DNA of 64,000 bases, taken from assembly GCA_963575745.1 (NCBI GenBank), contig CAUYUJ010000041.1, forward strand, positions 1-64,000, written 5' to 3'. Shown in pieces: positions 1 through 12,430 of this stretch; the first letter of the stretch is position 1, and every line of letters starts with the position of its first letter. Source of the stretch: Prorocentrum cordatum (taxonomy: Eukaryota). A program made the translations under genes and the position numbers. The notes under the pieces are model-generated. The model ran no database searches. It had not been told where the DNA came from and saw nothing but the letters and a program-made list of their open reading frames with translations.

Positions 1-514
1 CTCCTCCTCCTCCTCCTCCTCCTCCTCCTCCTCCTCCTCCTCCCTCTCCTCCTCGTGTGGTGGTGGACACTCGGCCTATCCCCCCCCCTCTCTTTCTGGC
101 CCCCTTCTGCTGCGCACCGCCTTTTCCGGTCGGCGGCGAGCCAGGGAGGTGAAGTGCGAAGGGGCAGGCCCGCTCGGAAGGTTCGGAAGCCCCCCGGGCT
201 TTCGGAGAAGTTTTAGGTCGGCATGTCGCCCTACAGGGGGATTTGGAATGAAACATTAAACATACACGATACCCATAAAATGCAAAACATGCTCAAACAA
301 TGGTCTCTTGATTGTTTTTTGGGCTACTTTTGAATCTTCCTCCTGTAGAGGTACCGGCCCGACTTGAGAGAAGTTCCCCAGGCCTCCCCCCGAGGACGCC
401 GAAAACCTTTTCAGAGGGCGGGAAGGTTTCCGAGAGGTCCGCCGCCTTCTGGGAAGGCCTCCTCCTTCTCGCGTCGCCCCCCTCGCTCGCTGCCGATTTG
501 GGGCCCGGGGGGCG

Positions 515-625
515 ATGCCTGCGGCCGCCCCGCGAGCCTTCGGGCTGCTCGAAGCGGCGCTGCTGACGGGGCCCCTGGCGGCCGCGGGCGGCGGCGGGGT
601 CGCGTCGCGGGGCGCGGTCGTGACG
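515..625 (+). CDS. SPPL exon 1 (signal peptide)
   Basis: ATG at 515, MPAAAPRAFGLLEAALLTGPLAAAGGGGVASRGAVVT, GT donor at 626; joins in frame to the exon at 2098. Confidence 0.6.
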
Positions 626-3600
626 GTGATCGGAGGAGGCAGGAAAGTCCGATGTTGCTGCCCTTGCCTTGCCTCTCGGGCGGGTGGTGATGTTGAGTCG
701 GGCGTGTCCCTCCACATGAGGAGCATTCAAAAGTAGTAAAAGATAGTCAGGGGACGTTGTTGTATTTTTGTTGGTGGATTTTTTGTGTGTATATCTTCCT
801 ATTCTAGATGTTTGGTCTCAACTCCGCCTGCAGGAGGACCTGCCCGACCTAGTGGTAATGGGGGGTGACAAGTGGGGGGGGGGAGAAAGCAGCTCCCCGA
901 AGGGGCCCACTGGGGGCCCCTGTTGCGAGCCAGCATGGGCCCCGACGGGCCGCATTGGGGGCCCGTTCCTCCACCCCCTGACCCTGAGCGCCTGATACGA
1001 ATCCCCTGGGGGTAAGAAAGATCGGGGTCCAGGAGGGATAATAAACGTTTTCCCGCCCGAGCCTCGTTTCCACCCGCCTCGTTTCCACCTCCCTGGGCTT
1101 CTCGGGAGGCCCTCGTCGCCACAGGGGGGATTCCCCTCGAGAAGCAGGTCGGAAGGCACCTTAGGAGAGGTCAGGGGAGTGGCGGCATCGGATATTGTCT
1201 TGACAATCTCCGCGCAGCGGTCGTTGCCCAGGGGGGGTGGAGTGGGTGGGTGGGTGTGGCTCCGGGCAACGGTGATGCACGTCGGGGCAGGATTGCGCTG
1301 CGATCGCCATAGTACGCGCGCGAACACCAGTATTTTGGTTGTATCTTCGGGGGATCTCGCCTGAGCCCAAAATTGGTGGCTTTCCTTATGCCCGACGCGG
1401 GCTCGATGCGGACTCGACGCGCATTCGACACGGATTCGACACCAGGATCCGACGAGGCCGCCATGGGATTCGGCACGAATGCGGTGCGGACGGAGCCGCG
1501 ACCGGACAGACGAGGCCACCCGAGGGTGCAACATAAGAGTACACAGAGGGGGTGGGCCCAGGCTCTCCCCATCTCACACGGCGGTTGCCGTTACCTGGGG
1601 CCGAGGGGGACGGGGGTTTGGCCCGGGTGGCCTTGAGATTTTGGCGTCTCCATTTTTCCGAGCCGGGCGTCTTCGCCCAAGTTCGGGCCCCGGGGCTCTG
1701 ACAGATCGATGTGGCTCGAAACGTGGCGCAGACAGAGGGGGCTGATGATTAGGGCTCCAGGGTCGTGCTTTGTGGCGACGCTCCACTTTTTTCGGGACGC
1801 CGGATCTCAGGGAACGACGGTGACGCGCCAGGAGCACCAATCTCTCGGTGCCTTGTTCAAGCAGTGGCGAAGCGTCCTGGCTCACCTGTAGGCCCACCGA
1901 CGAATGTTCGAAGAACCGGTTTGTGGTCTGCACGGAATGTTTTTACATCATTTATGGCTGGGGCTGCCTGAAGTTTTAAAGCATCGTGTTTATGTTACGG
2001 CATGGTACCATTGTTTTTTTTTTTTTTATTGGAATATATTTGCGTTCCAAGAAAATTTCGCGGTAGGCCCATCGGAATGCCAGGACGGCTTTCCCAGGTG
2101 AGCAGCGCGCCGGCGGGAGGCGCCTTGGCTGCCGGCGCCCGCTTCCCGGGGCTTTTTGCAGATTTCTCCGGCCCGCCGCCCGGCGGACCGCTGGCTGCGT
2201 GGGCGCTCGCCGTGGGGAAAACGGGTCCCTTTTCCACCACGACTGCCACAGGTAGGAGAAGGAGGAGGAGGACGAGGAGGAGGAGGAGGAGGAGGAGGAG
2301 GAGGATCTCCTTCTCCTCCCTCCTCCCCCGTCCTGCATGTGGCAGTGGTGGTGGAAAAGTTGCTCATCAGTGGGGGAAGCGGGTCCTGAAGGAAACGGGT
2401 CCCGCTTGGGTCCTGCATCGAAGAAGAAGAACCGCTATAAACATAAATTGTTGGCGCTCCGCGCGGGTTCCTTGGATCCGCGCTGGCTTCCCCGGCGGCG
2501 CCTCCGGCGCCGCTCCTAACGCGCTCCGCGCGCCAGGGAAGGGGTCCAGCGCACTTCCAAGAAATCCGCGCAGAGCGCGAAGTTTTTTTTGCAGTTTCCC
2601 TGTCTATTGAAAGAAGCGTGTTCTGAGGGTTTTCGCCGCTGTCGGGCTCCCCTGGGACCTCGGCGTGGCAGTTTTTTCACCACGGGCGTTTTTGCTCCAC
2701 TTCGGGCCCCGTGAACCTTACAGGAAGATGGGGTCCAGGGCTCCGGTCGCAATTGTTGGTTATTGTTTGTTGTTTGTGTAGTTATGGCATGTTTTGTGAT
2801 AGCCTATTTCTTTAGTAGCGTAGCGTAGCTGTTGTTTCGGGCCGGGCGAAAGGGGGGGATTGGGAAAGGGGGGGTTACGAAATCTGCTGCGTGCAGCTGG
2901 TTTCGGCCCCACCGAGGGGCCCATTCCTCGATGCATAGCCGCCCCCGGCGCCGGGAGGCGCCGGGAAAATCTGCTACGTGAGCTGATTCTCAAACCCCCC
3001 CTTTGCTATCCCCCCCTTTCGCCCGACCCGATTGTTGGAGATGCTTCGCGATGCCGCTTCGTTGTTTTTGTGGTTGCGGCATCGGATCTCAGTCAGGGTC
3101 TCGGGGCCCTCCACGGGCCCAGGCACCGTCAGAGAACGACCCACCAAACCACCCCAACCCAACCCGAAGGCCTCAATTTATCCTCGATTTCCAGTGGGGG
3201 GGGGTCGGGGAACGTTGAGAAAACACATGGAATCCGTACCCCCCCCAACCCGAAATTCGGGTCAAATTCGGGTCTTCGGGTTGGGTTGGGGTGGTCTGGT
3301 AGGTAGTCAGTCAGAGAACGACTCGGGATGAAGATCTCGTCCTGGGGGCAGGCCCCGGGGTCCAAGACCGAGTCGGGCCTGCCCCTCTGCAGGAGGCAGA
3401 TTCCAAAAGTAGTCAAACAAAATAGTCGGGGGGCACTTTGTTTAAGCATGTTTTGACTGTGTGTGAGTTTTTGTTGGGTGGCATCTTTCTCATTCCGTCC
3501 AGAATCCCCCTGTGGGGGGACATGCCCGACCGAAGTCCAGGACCCGTTTCCCTCAGGCTCCTGTTTGGCCCCTTGCCGAGGCGCCCGCTGACCCGGCCGG

Positions 3601-6600
3601 CTGCGCGGCCTATCCACCCGGACGTCCGACGCCGTGATCTGTTTTGGGCCATGCTTTTTCGCCCCGCTTTCTCCGCCGCTCTGCTCGGTCCAGGCCGAAC
3701 GAAAAGGGGGGGACAGGGAAAGGGGGGGGGGTACGAAATCTGCTGCATGCAGCTAGTTTTGGCCCCGCCGCCGGGTCCATTCCTCGTTACATGGGCGCCT
3801 CCCGGCGCCGGGAGGCGCCGGGAAAATCAGCTATACTTGGATGGCCGCGGCGGCTGCTAGGTGGTTAGCGCGGATACTAAGGGGTTAGAGGATTTAGTAT
3901 GTACGTACAAGTGAGTTGTAAGTAGGTTATAAGTGTTGTAAGTCGGATGTAAGTTGTATAACCAGCTACAACTGGTTAGTAGGAGATACTAACCACTTTT
4001 AGCTGGAGGCTAACCTTGCTAAGTCTCTAGTAGAGGTTAGCTCGCTAAGTCCCCATTCTAGCTACCACTTACTAACCATTTAGTAACCACTTAGCTGCCA
4101 CTTAGTAACCACCCAGTAACCACTTACTAACCACTTAGTAACCACATAGTAAGTCCGCTAGCTAGCTTACTTACTAAGTGGTTAGCGGACTTACTAAGTG
4201 GTTAGCGGACTCTGAGAAGGAGAAGGAGGAGGAAGAGGAGGAGGAGGAGGAGGAGGAAGAGGAGGGGGAGAGAGGAGGAGGAGGAGAAGGAGGATGAGGA
4301 GGAGGAGAAGGAGGAGGAGATGTCGAGGAGGAGGAGGAGTAGGAGGAGGACGGGGAGGAGGATGAGGAGGAGGAGGAAAGGGGGAGGCGGCGGCGGAGGC
4401 GGCGACGGGCGCGCCTCAGCCCAAGACGGCCGCTCGACGCGGCGGCCCTGCAGGGCCGCCGCGTCGAGCGGCAGCCTGGCGCGGCTGAGCGCGGCGCAGG
4501 CGAAGTTCGCCTGCGCCGCGCTCTGCGCCGCCATCTCCAGCGGCATTGCCGCTGGCGCGGGCGGCGGGGGGGCCCCGCGCGCCGCTCGGCAGCCAGAGCG
4601 GCCCACCGCACGTAGCCGTCGTCCACAACCCAGAGGGTTGGGGGACGACGACGTGCGACGGGCCGATGGCTGCCGAGCCCGCCCCACCCCTCGGGGATGT
4701 CGAGGAGGATCCCCGACATCCCAGAGGGGTCCTCCGAGAGGAGACTGCCCCATGGCTCGGGGTCGCCATCGAAAAACATGTCTTGATATGTTTTTCGATG
4801 GCGATCCCGAGCCGCGAAGCAAAGGGAAAAGGGAGGGCGCGCTCCCCGCGCGGCCTGTAAGCCGCACGCGCGCGGGCGGCGTCTCCTCCTCCCCCCTCCT
4901 TCTATCCTCCTCCTCCTCCTCCTCCTCCCTCTCCTCCTCCTCCTCCTCCTCCTCCTCCTCCTCCTCCTCCTCCTCCTCCTCCTCCTCCTCCTCTCCGCCT
5001 CCTCCTCTCGCCCTCCTCCTCTCGTCATCATCATATACTCCTCCCTCGTCCTCCTCCTCCTCATCCTCCTCCTCGTCCTCCTAACCCTCCGCTCCTCCCT
5101 CGTCCTCCTCCTCCCCTCATCCCCTCCTCCTCCTCCTCCTCCTCCTCCTCCTCCTACTCCTCCCTAGCTCCTCTCTCTCTCCTCTCTCCTCTCCTCCTCC
5201 TCCTCCTCCTCTCCTCCTCCTCCTCCTCCTTCCTCCTCCTCTCCTACGTCCTCCTCCTCCTCCTCCCCCCCCCCCCCTCCTCCTCCCCATCCTCCTCTCG
5301 CTCTGAGCTATCTCGTCGTTTTCCTCCTCCTCATGCTCCTCCTCCTCCTCCTCCTCCTCCTCCTCCTCCTCCTCCTCCTCCCCCTCCCCCTCCTCCACCC
5401 TCCCCCCCTCGTCAGAGGAGAGGGGGAGAGGAGAAGGGGGGGGGGGAGCAAGATGAGGAGGAGGAGCAGCCGTAGGAGCAGGAGGAGGAGGGGGAGAAGG
5501 GGGAGGATGCGGGGAAGGAGGAGTTTGAACGACCGCACCACTGATCAACGACATTAGCGCTGCAGCGCAAGAGGACGAGGAGGAACGAGGCGGAGGAGAG
5601 GAATCGGCGACCATGCACTGTTCAGGTGCTGCAGCACCGAAGTGTCAATGAAAAAGGTGCGCTACAGCGCAATGCAGAAGGAATCCACGTTTTCAAGGCG
5701 GAGAAGAGGAGTCGTCGACCATGCAACGTTCAGGTGCTGCAGCACCGAAGCATTTAGCAATGTAAAAAAAGTGCGCTGCAGCGCCAGTAAGGAATCCACG
5801 TTTTAGGCTAAAGCGCACCACCGCGGCTGCGACCATATCGGGCGCGCCACTCGGATGCCGCCGCCCTCGCGCGGCGCCCACGCGAGCGAGCACACGATGC
5901 TCGCCGTGTGCGCCCAAAAGGCGTCGGCATCGCCGCCAAGCACGTGCGCGGAGGCGCGCGGGTGCAGCTTCTCCTTGAAGAAGTAGGGCAGGACCAAGTT
6001 CAAGCCATAGTAGTGGCCGTTCTTGGTGAAGGAGAGGTGTTTCAACACCTCGGCCGCAATGTGTTCCCCTCCTCCGTCCTCCAACAGCACGACGTCGCCG
6101 TATTTGACGTCGTGGCAGCGGCACCGCGCTGCAGCGGACGTAACAAAGTCCGCAGGCCCGAACTGCTGCAGCAGTTCGCGCGAGATGGCCTTGGACGGCC
6201 TGGTGGCGTTAACCAGGCAGTTAACCTTAAAGGTGTCGCCATCCATGAGCTGCCACAGGTGCCGCTCGGTGACGCTCTTCAGGACATTGGCGCCCCAGCC
6301 GCTGGAGGCTGCAGCCCCCACCTGAAGAGCGTTCGCAAAGCGCTTGCTGGTCTTGTGCTTGCGCCCCAAAACCCAGCGCGACGGCAGCGCCACATGGCCC
6401 CAACGCCTCACGTAGTTGGCGAAGTGGTGCAGGTAATGGAACTTCTGCGCCATCGTTTCCTTGCCAAAGACGCTGCTGTATGACAGCAAAAACATGTTAA
6501 CCGCAGCCTGCAGCTTATCCGCGTCTGCCTGACGCCTGGATACTCGTAGGATTTCTTCCACAACGATCGTGTGCGCCTCGAACACTGCGCAAGCAGATCG

Positions 6601-7702
6601 GACTGCAGGCGCTGCAGCGTCGCTAGCCACCTCCCTGAAGAAACGCGTCAATCCGCCCGCGCGAACGCATGTCCGAACAAGAGGGGTGCAGTACATATCC
6701 TACAGAGATTCACGCGCGCTGCAGCGCATGTATTATTGGTCTGGCGGGGGCGCGAAGCATGCAATGATACTTGCATGGTTGTGAGCCCCTCGCTGGCGGT
6801 GCACTTGAAATGCTTGCTGTCAACGTGGGACCTCACGCGCTTCTCGCCGAAGATCGCGCACGTGTCGGGGGAGATGGAGTGGCACCCTGGAAACGACCAG
6901 TCCTGGAAATATGCGCCTGCGCGCGCCCAGTAACCCTTCAACCTTCGAAACATTTGGAACACCAGAATGTTATATGTACCGTTGACGAAAATACAATGCA
7001 TCCAATCAAACATGACTGTCTCGAGCGGCTTGAGTTTCCGAACCCGCCCAGGCAAATGGGGGCCCCAGTTCCAGCCAAGTCGGCGCTCCAACTCCTGGAA
7101 CCCGCCCTTGTTCATGATGTTGACCCCTTCGATCAATCCGTTGCAGATGGCATCGAGCAACGGCGCCGTCATCGGCTGCAGCCGCGACGCATCTGGTTCC
7201 GAGTGGTGAACAGCGACACCCGTCGCATCAGAAGCAACTATATCCCGAACTTCGCCCTTCAAGAACACGTTGCGGCACATAAAACATGGTTTGATTCCTG
7301 ACAAACCTTTCATTCCGATCAAGCGGTGTATTGCATCCTCGTCCGCGATCCGACAGAGCCGCTGCAGCGACGCAAGAAGGCGTAATGTATATATATATAC
7401 ATGTGCACATGTATGCTAACTAATCTTGGGTGCTATGCGGCGACCGCTGCAGCGGCTGAATGTAAATTCCGAGGTCCATCTGGATGAGCTCCGTCGCGCC
7501 GTCGGGGCGCAGCCGCAAGCTGATGCCTGCGCTGAAGTTGTGCCCCTGATCAGGCCAGAACTGCGCGAGGATTGCGTCCGGTAGCATCGTCAGTCCGCGC
7601 GGCTGGATGTCGTTCGCGGTCTTGGCCCGCATCGTCGCGAGCTGGAACCACGCATCCTGCGAACAAATCGCAGCACAACTGGCGCTGCAGCGCCTCTCTC
7701 TC

Positions 7703-7770
<68 letters not shown>

Positions 7771-10700
7771 CCCCCCTCCCCCCCCCCCGCATATATCGTT
7801 GCTGCAGCAACGCTATCGCGAAAGTCCTCCGACGAAAGCGCCTGCGGGCCGAATTCCGCGATCGCCCAGTAGATGCCCCAGGACTTGCGGTTCTGCACGT
7901 GCGCCAGCGCGTTGCCAGCGCCTATTTCATCGCCGTAAATAATGATGTGCCACGGGCGTGGCAGCTCCAGCGCCCGCTGCCACAGAGGCTGCATCGCGGG
8001 GAGGGCGCTGCAATACCACAGCATTGCTGCTGGACTGCAGATCTCCACCGTGTGCTGCCCGACTACCATGTTCTGGTGGAGCTTGCCGTACGGCGTGTTC
8101 TCACCGACCATGAGCTCCCGAGCGTCTCTGATATCCTGGCGTCGGGATCCCAATTCGGGGGCTCCGTCTCGCTTAACGGACGCCAGGAATTGCGCCATCG
8201 CATTACAATGCATGAATGGCAGTTCCGCGCGAAGGCGGGACAGCCGCCGCAGCTTCGCTGGGCGGTCGTCCTCTGCCGCCATCGCGCGCGTTCCCGAGGC
8301 AAGCTTGCCTCCGTCGCTGCGCGCGCGCGGAGGGCCCCCTCCGCTAGGGGCCACGGCGACTACGGATGGAAATGAGGCTGCACCGCGTGGAGAGCAACCA
8401 AATGCGCGCTGCAGCGCTAACTGCCAAGCAACAGTCTGGGAGCACATGGCGCTACAGCGCCGCTAACGTCCAATGATGACAATCTGACGCGCTGCAGCGC
8501 GAACGTCCTCCTCCTCCTCCATCCTGCTCGCCATCCCCCTCGTCCTCCTCCTCTTCCTCTCCCTCCTATACCTCCTCCTCCTCCTCTTCCTCCTCCTCCT
8601 CCTCCTCCGCCTCATGCGCCCCCTCATCCTCCCCATCCTCCTCCTCAACCTACCCATCCTCCTCATCATCCGTCTCCCGTCCCTTCATCCTCCCCGTCAC
8701 CATCACCTTCATCGTCAACAGCATCAATATCACTCGCCCTCATCATCCGCCACGTCGCTATCCAACGAGAAACTGCAAGCGAAACTGCGCTGCAGCGCAA
8801 CACATTAACACATCATGATCCGCGCGCAAACTTTCAACCGTGGTCCACGGAGAAGCGCTGCAGCGCAACTCAAACAACACGCTCAACCACGTTCCCCCCA
8901 GCCTTTACCAATCAATCGAACCAGCATGCTTCAGCAGGCGGTCGCCGAGGCCGACCTCACTCAGGTCACCTTCATCTTCTTGGCGTTCCGCAGCGAGGTC
9001 AACGCCTCGTTGAGTTTCTGGATGGCCACGACCGAAGCGGCGATGTCCATCTGACCCCGACCCTGCTACTCATACTCCTCATCCTCCCACATCATCGCCT
9101 TCCACCTCCTCCTGATCATCCCCCCTGTCGTCCTTCTCCCCCGCTGCAGTGGGGGAGTAGCCTGCCACACTCATGAACCCCACCGTCCTCCTTCTCATCC
9201 GCCTCCTCATCCACCTGCAGCTCCGCGGTGCGGATCTGCACCTGCTTCTCCGCTTTCCTGGCGTTCTTCCGCGCCTCCTTTACCTCTGCTGTAGCAGTCG
9301 CCGTCGCTCTCGCGCGGGCCTCGCGCAACTCGTCGCGACGGTCGGCGCGCGCTTGCGCTTCGAACGGCTTGTCGCAGCGGCGCGCCGCCATTGCGATCCC
9401 AGTGAGGAGGCGGAGGAGGTCCGTTGCCAGCACCCGCTGCAGCGAACGATGGCGACTGCGACGCGCGAGCCAAGTGAGGAGGAGGAGGAGGAGGGGGAGG
9501 AGGGCATGCCATCGGCAACGCGCAACATGAGCGAATCACAGCGCTGCAGCGCGTGACTTGGCAACAACCATGCGGGAGACAACGCTCGACATCGCGAATG
9601 ATGGCGCCGCGGCGCGTATCGACGAGGAACGACTGGCACTCAAGACGAGCACGTCACGCAATACATGGACACCGCGGCTGCAACTGCACACTCACAAACG
9701 CGCCAACGCTACAACGGCACCACAAGTCTGACAGGCGCTGCAGCGCTGCATCGGAACACAACAGCGCGCAATATCGACGCCACCATCCAGGAAAGCGAGC
9801 GCTGCAGCGCTGCATCGTGATCATGATGGCGATGCAAACGTTGACCACAAAGGCGCCAGCGCTGCAGCGCCCGCATCCACGAGAACCCGTCAACATATTT
9901 GACTTTCATCCTCCTCGTCGTCCGTGCGAGCCGCGCGACCGCCAGGCAAGACCATCGCCACTACCGTTCATATCACCGGCCAGCGTTCCATCCAACCTCG
10001 CACTGATCCTCACCATCCTCCTCATTCCTTCTCCTCCGCATGCTCATCCTCCTCATCATCCTACCCATCCTCCTCCTCGCCCTCATAATCCTCATCCTCA
10101 CCTCCATATGCCGACAGTGCCCGTTGCGCGCTCACGGCTTGCCGCGACGGCCAGTGAAGTTCGGGTCGCGGCACGTGCCGCAGCCATTCGGCAGGTAGCG
10201 GCATTTGCTGCACCCGAGTGCCATTTGGCCCCGTTTGGCTGCCGCCTTGCCCTGGGGCTTGGCCTTGGCCTTGGCTTTGGCCTTCCCTTTGCCCTTGGCC
10301 TTCGGTTTGGCCGTGCCCTTGGCCGCCGTCTTGCCCTTGCCAGCGCCTGTCTTGCTCTTGCCCTTGATCGCGCTCTTGCCCTTGCCCTTCTTGCCCTTGC
10401 CCTTGCCCTTGCCCTTGCGAGGCAGCTCGCCCTTCGCGCTGCCCGCAGCCAAGGTCTCGATCGCCTGCAGCACAGCATCCTCGTCTCCGTCTGCTGCTGC
10501 AGCAGCATCTTCGATTGGCGGCGTTGGCGCTGCTGCAGCAGCATCTGGCGCCGCCGCTGGCAATGCTGGCCCAGCTGGCGAATCACCAATCGCGGGGGGA
10601 CTCGCGGGGGGGCTCGCCGTGGGCGCCGCAGGGCGGCGCGGGAAGAGCTGCAGCTGCAGCTCGTTGGGCGGCGATGGCGGCGGCGCAAACGCTGCCAGCA

Positions 10701-12343
10701 TTTGCTGCATCACGGCCATCGCGTCCATGGGTTGCATTGGCGCTGCAGGCGGCACGGAGGGTGACCCCGATGGCGTCCATGGCACAATGGCAGTGCTCGG
10801 CTGATGCGGTGGGGCGGCAGCCCGCAAGCCCTTGTTGGTCAGCCTGAGAGGCACGCGGGCCTTGATGGCGTTGAGACCCGCAGGCCGCTTCAGCGGCGCA
10901 CGCGCAGCATGAAACCTATCATGCTCTATGCGAGGTGGACCTAAAGGACCGAGCTCACCGAAGCACCCAAGACATCCAGAACAATCAGCGCTGCAGCGCA
11001 TGACGGGGCGGCAGCAGCCTCGTAGATGCGATACCACGTTGGCGAGGTCGCGCGTCACATCGATCGGCGGGTCCGCATCGGCGTACGCCGCGTCGAAGAT
11101 GTACTGAGGGAGCTGCCGGGGATCTGCTGGGAAATTCCAAGTCACTGTCGCCGCTTGCCCCGTCGCGCCCCTGCGGCTCGCCAAGAACTGACCCTGTAAA
11201 GGGCGACTCGTCGGGGAACCCTAACGCTGACGCGCCGCATCGCATTGGCTGCAGTCAGTGCGATGTGATGCGTCTGCGTTAGGCGTCCCCGCCGAATCCC
11301 AAACCTTCATCTCCGCCACGATCCCGTAGAGCTGCCCAGGGTTTGCGTCTGGAAGATGGGCGCATGCCATCAACGCCGCCAACTCTTTCAGCGTGTTCTC
11401 GCTCGGAACCGTCAAGCCGATGGCACCGCAACGTTTGATCAACGCGCGCACCTTCGCGACGATGCTCTGGCTGGGGTCGCGAAATAAACCCCACTCCTGC
11501 ATGGTAAAGTCCACCAGCCTACGCATCGACGCAGGCATGCTGCAGCATGCTAACATACGTACATTTGAAAAATGAACATGGTAACATACATAAAGTACAG
11601 AACAAACAATTAAACCATACATGTGAATAACACTTCGGCGGTCCGATGTGCAAAGCACGATGGATAGCACCGCCCTGACGCGAGCGTCTGCACGCGCAGC
11701 TGGAGCGTGGGCGTCGCCGTGCCCACGCGCGCGGCCAGCGCGGCGCTGAGGCGCGCCTTGTGGCTGTCCGCGAAGCCCGACGCGGTGATTCGATTCTGCA
11801 GGGTAGCTGCTTGGGCAGCCCCGATCGTCCCCAAGTTGTGAAGCTGCAGCTGCACGCTCATGGACAAGGCGGACTGGCTCTGCGCCATCGCGTCGGCGGC
11901 GATGACGCCGATCTGCGATGCGAAGAAGGCGTCGCAGCTGCCCAGGTTATCCAGGATGTGGTTGATGGGTGTGGCCGCAGCCGCGGCAGACATGATGCCC
12001 TCCGCGAGGGCGAGGGGGTGCGCGGACGCTCCGAGGGGAAGCGCGAGGGAGGGCCCCCCACACTGCGAGAGCTGAAGCCACCAGGAAGCGCAGGTGATAA
12101 TAGAGGCCCACAACAGTACAGAATGCTCTGCAGCGCAACAACGAATCGCGTTCCAAATTTAAAGGAAACACCCGTGAGCGCCTGCAGCGCTCAGCAGCAT
12201 CCATCGTCGCAAAGTAACATGAGCGCTGCAGCGCTAAATGCATGGCGCCATGATGGAAAACGCATGTAGTGGGCAAATAGTGGGAGATATATAAAGTGAT
12301 GGAAGGGTAGAGGGAGATAATTAGTGAACACGGGGGGGGGGGT

Positions 12344-12430
<87 letters not shown>

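Noticed and set aside
4416..4800. Additional cargo gene at the left end of the element
   Set aside because: Coding-like GC-rich stretch, but no consistent frame or recognisable motif.
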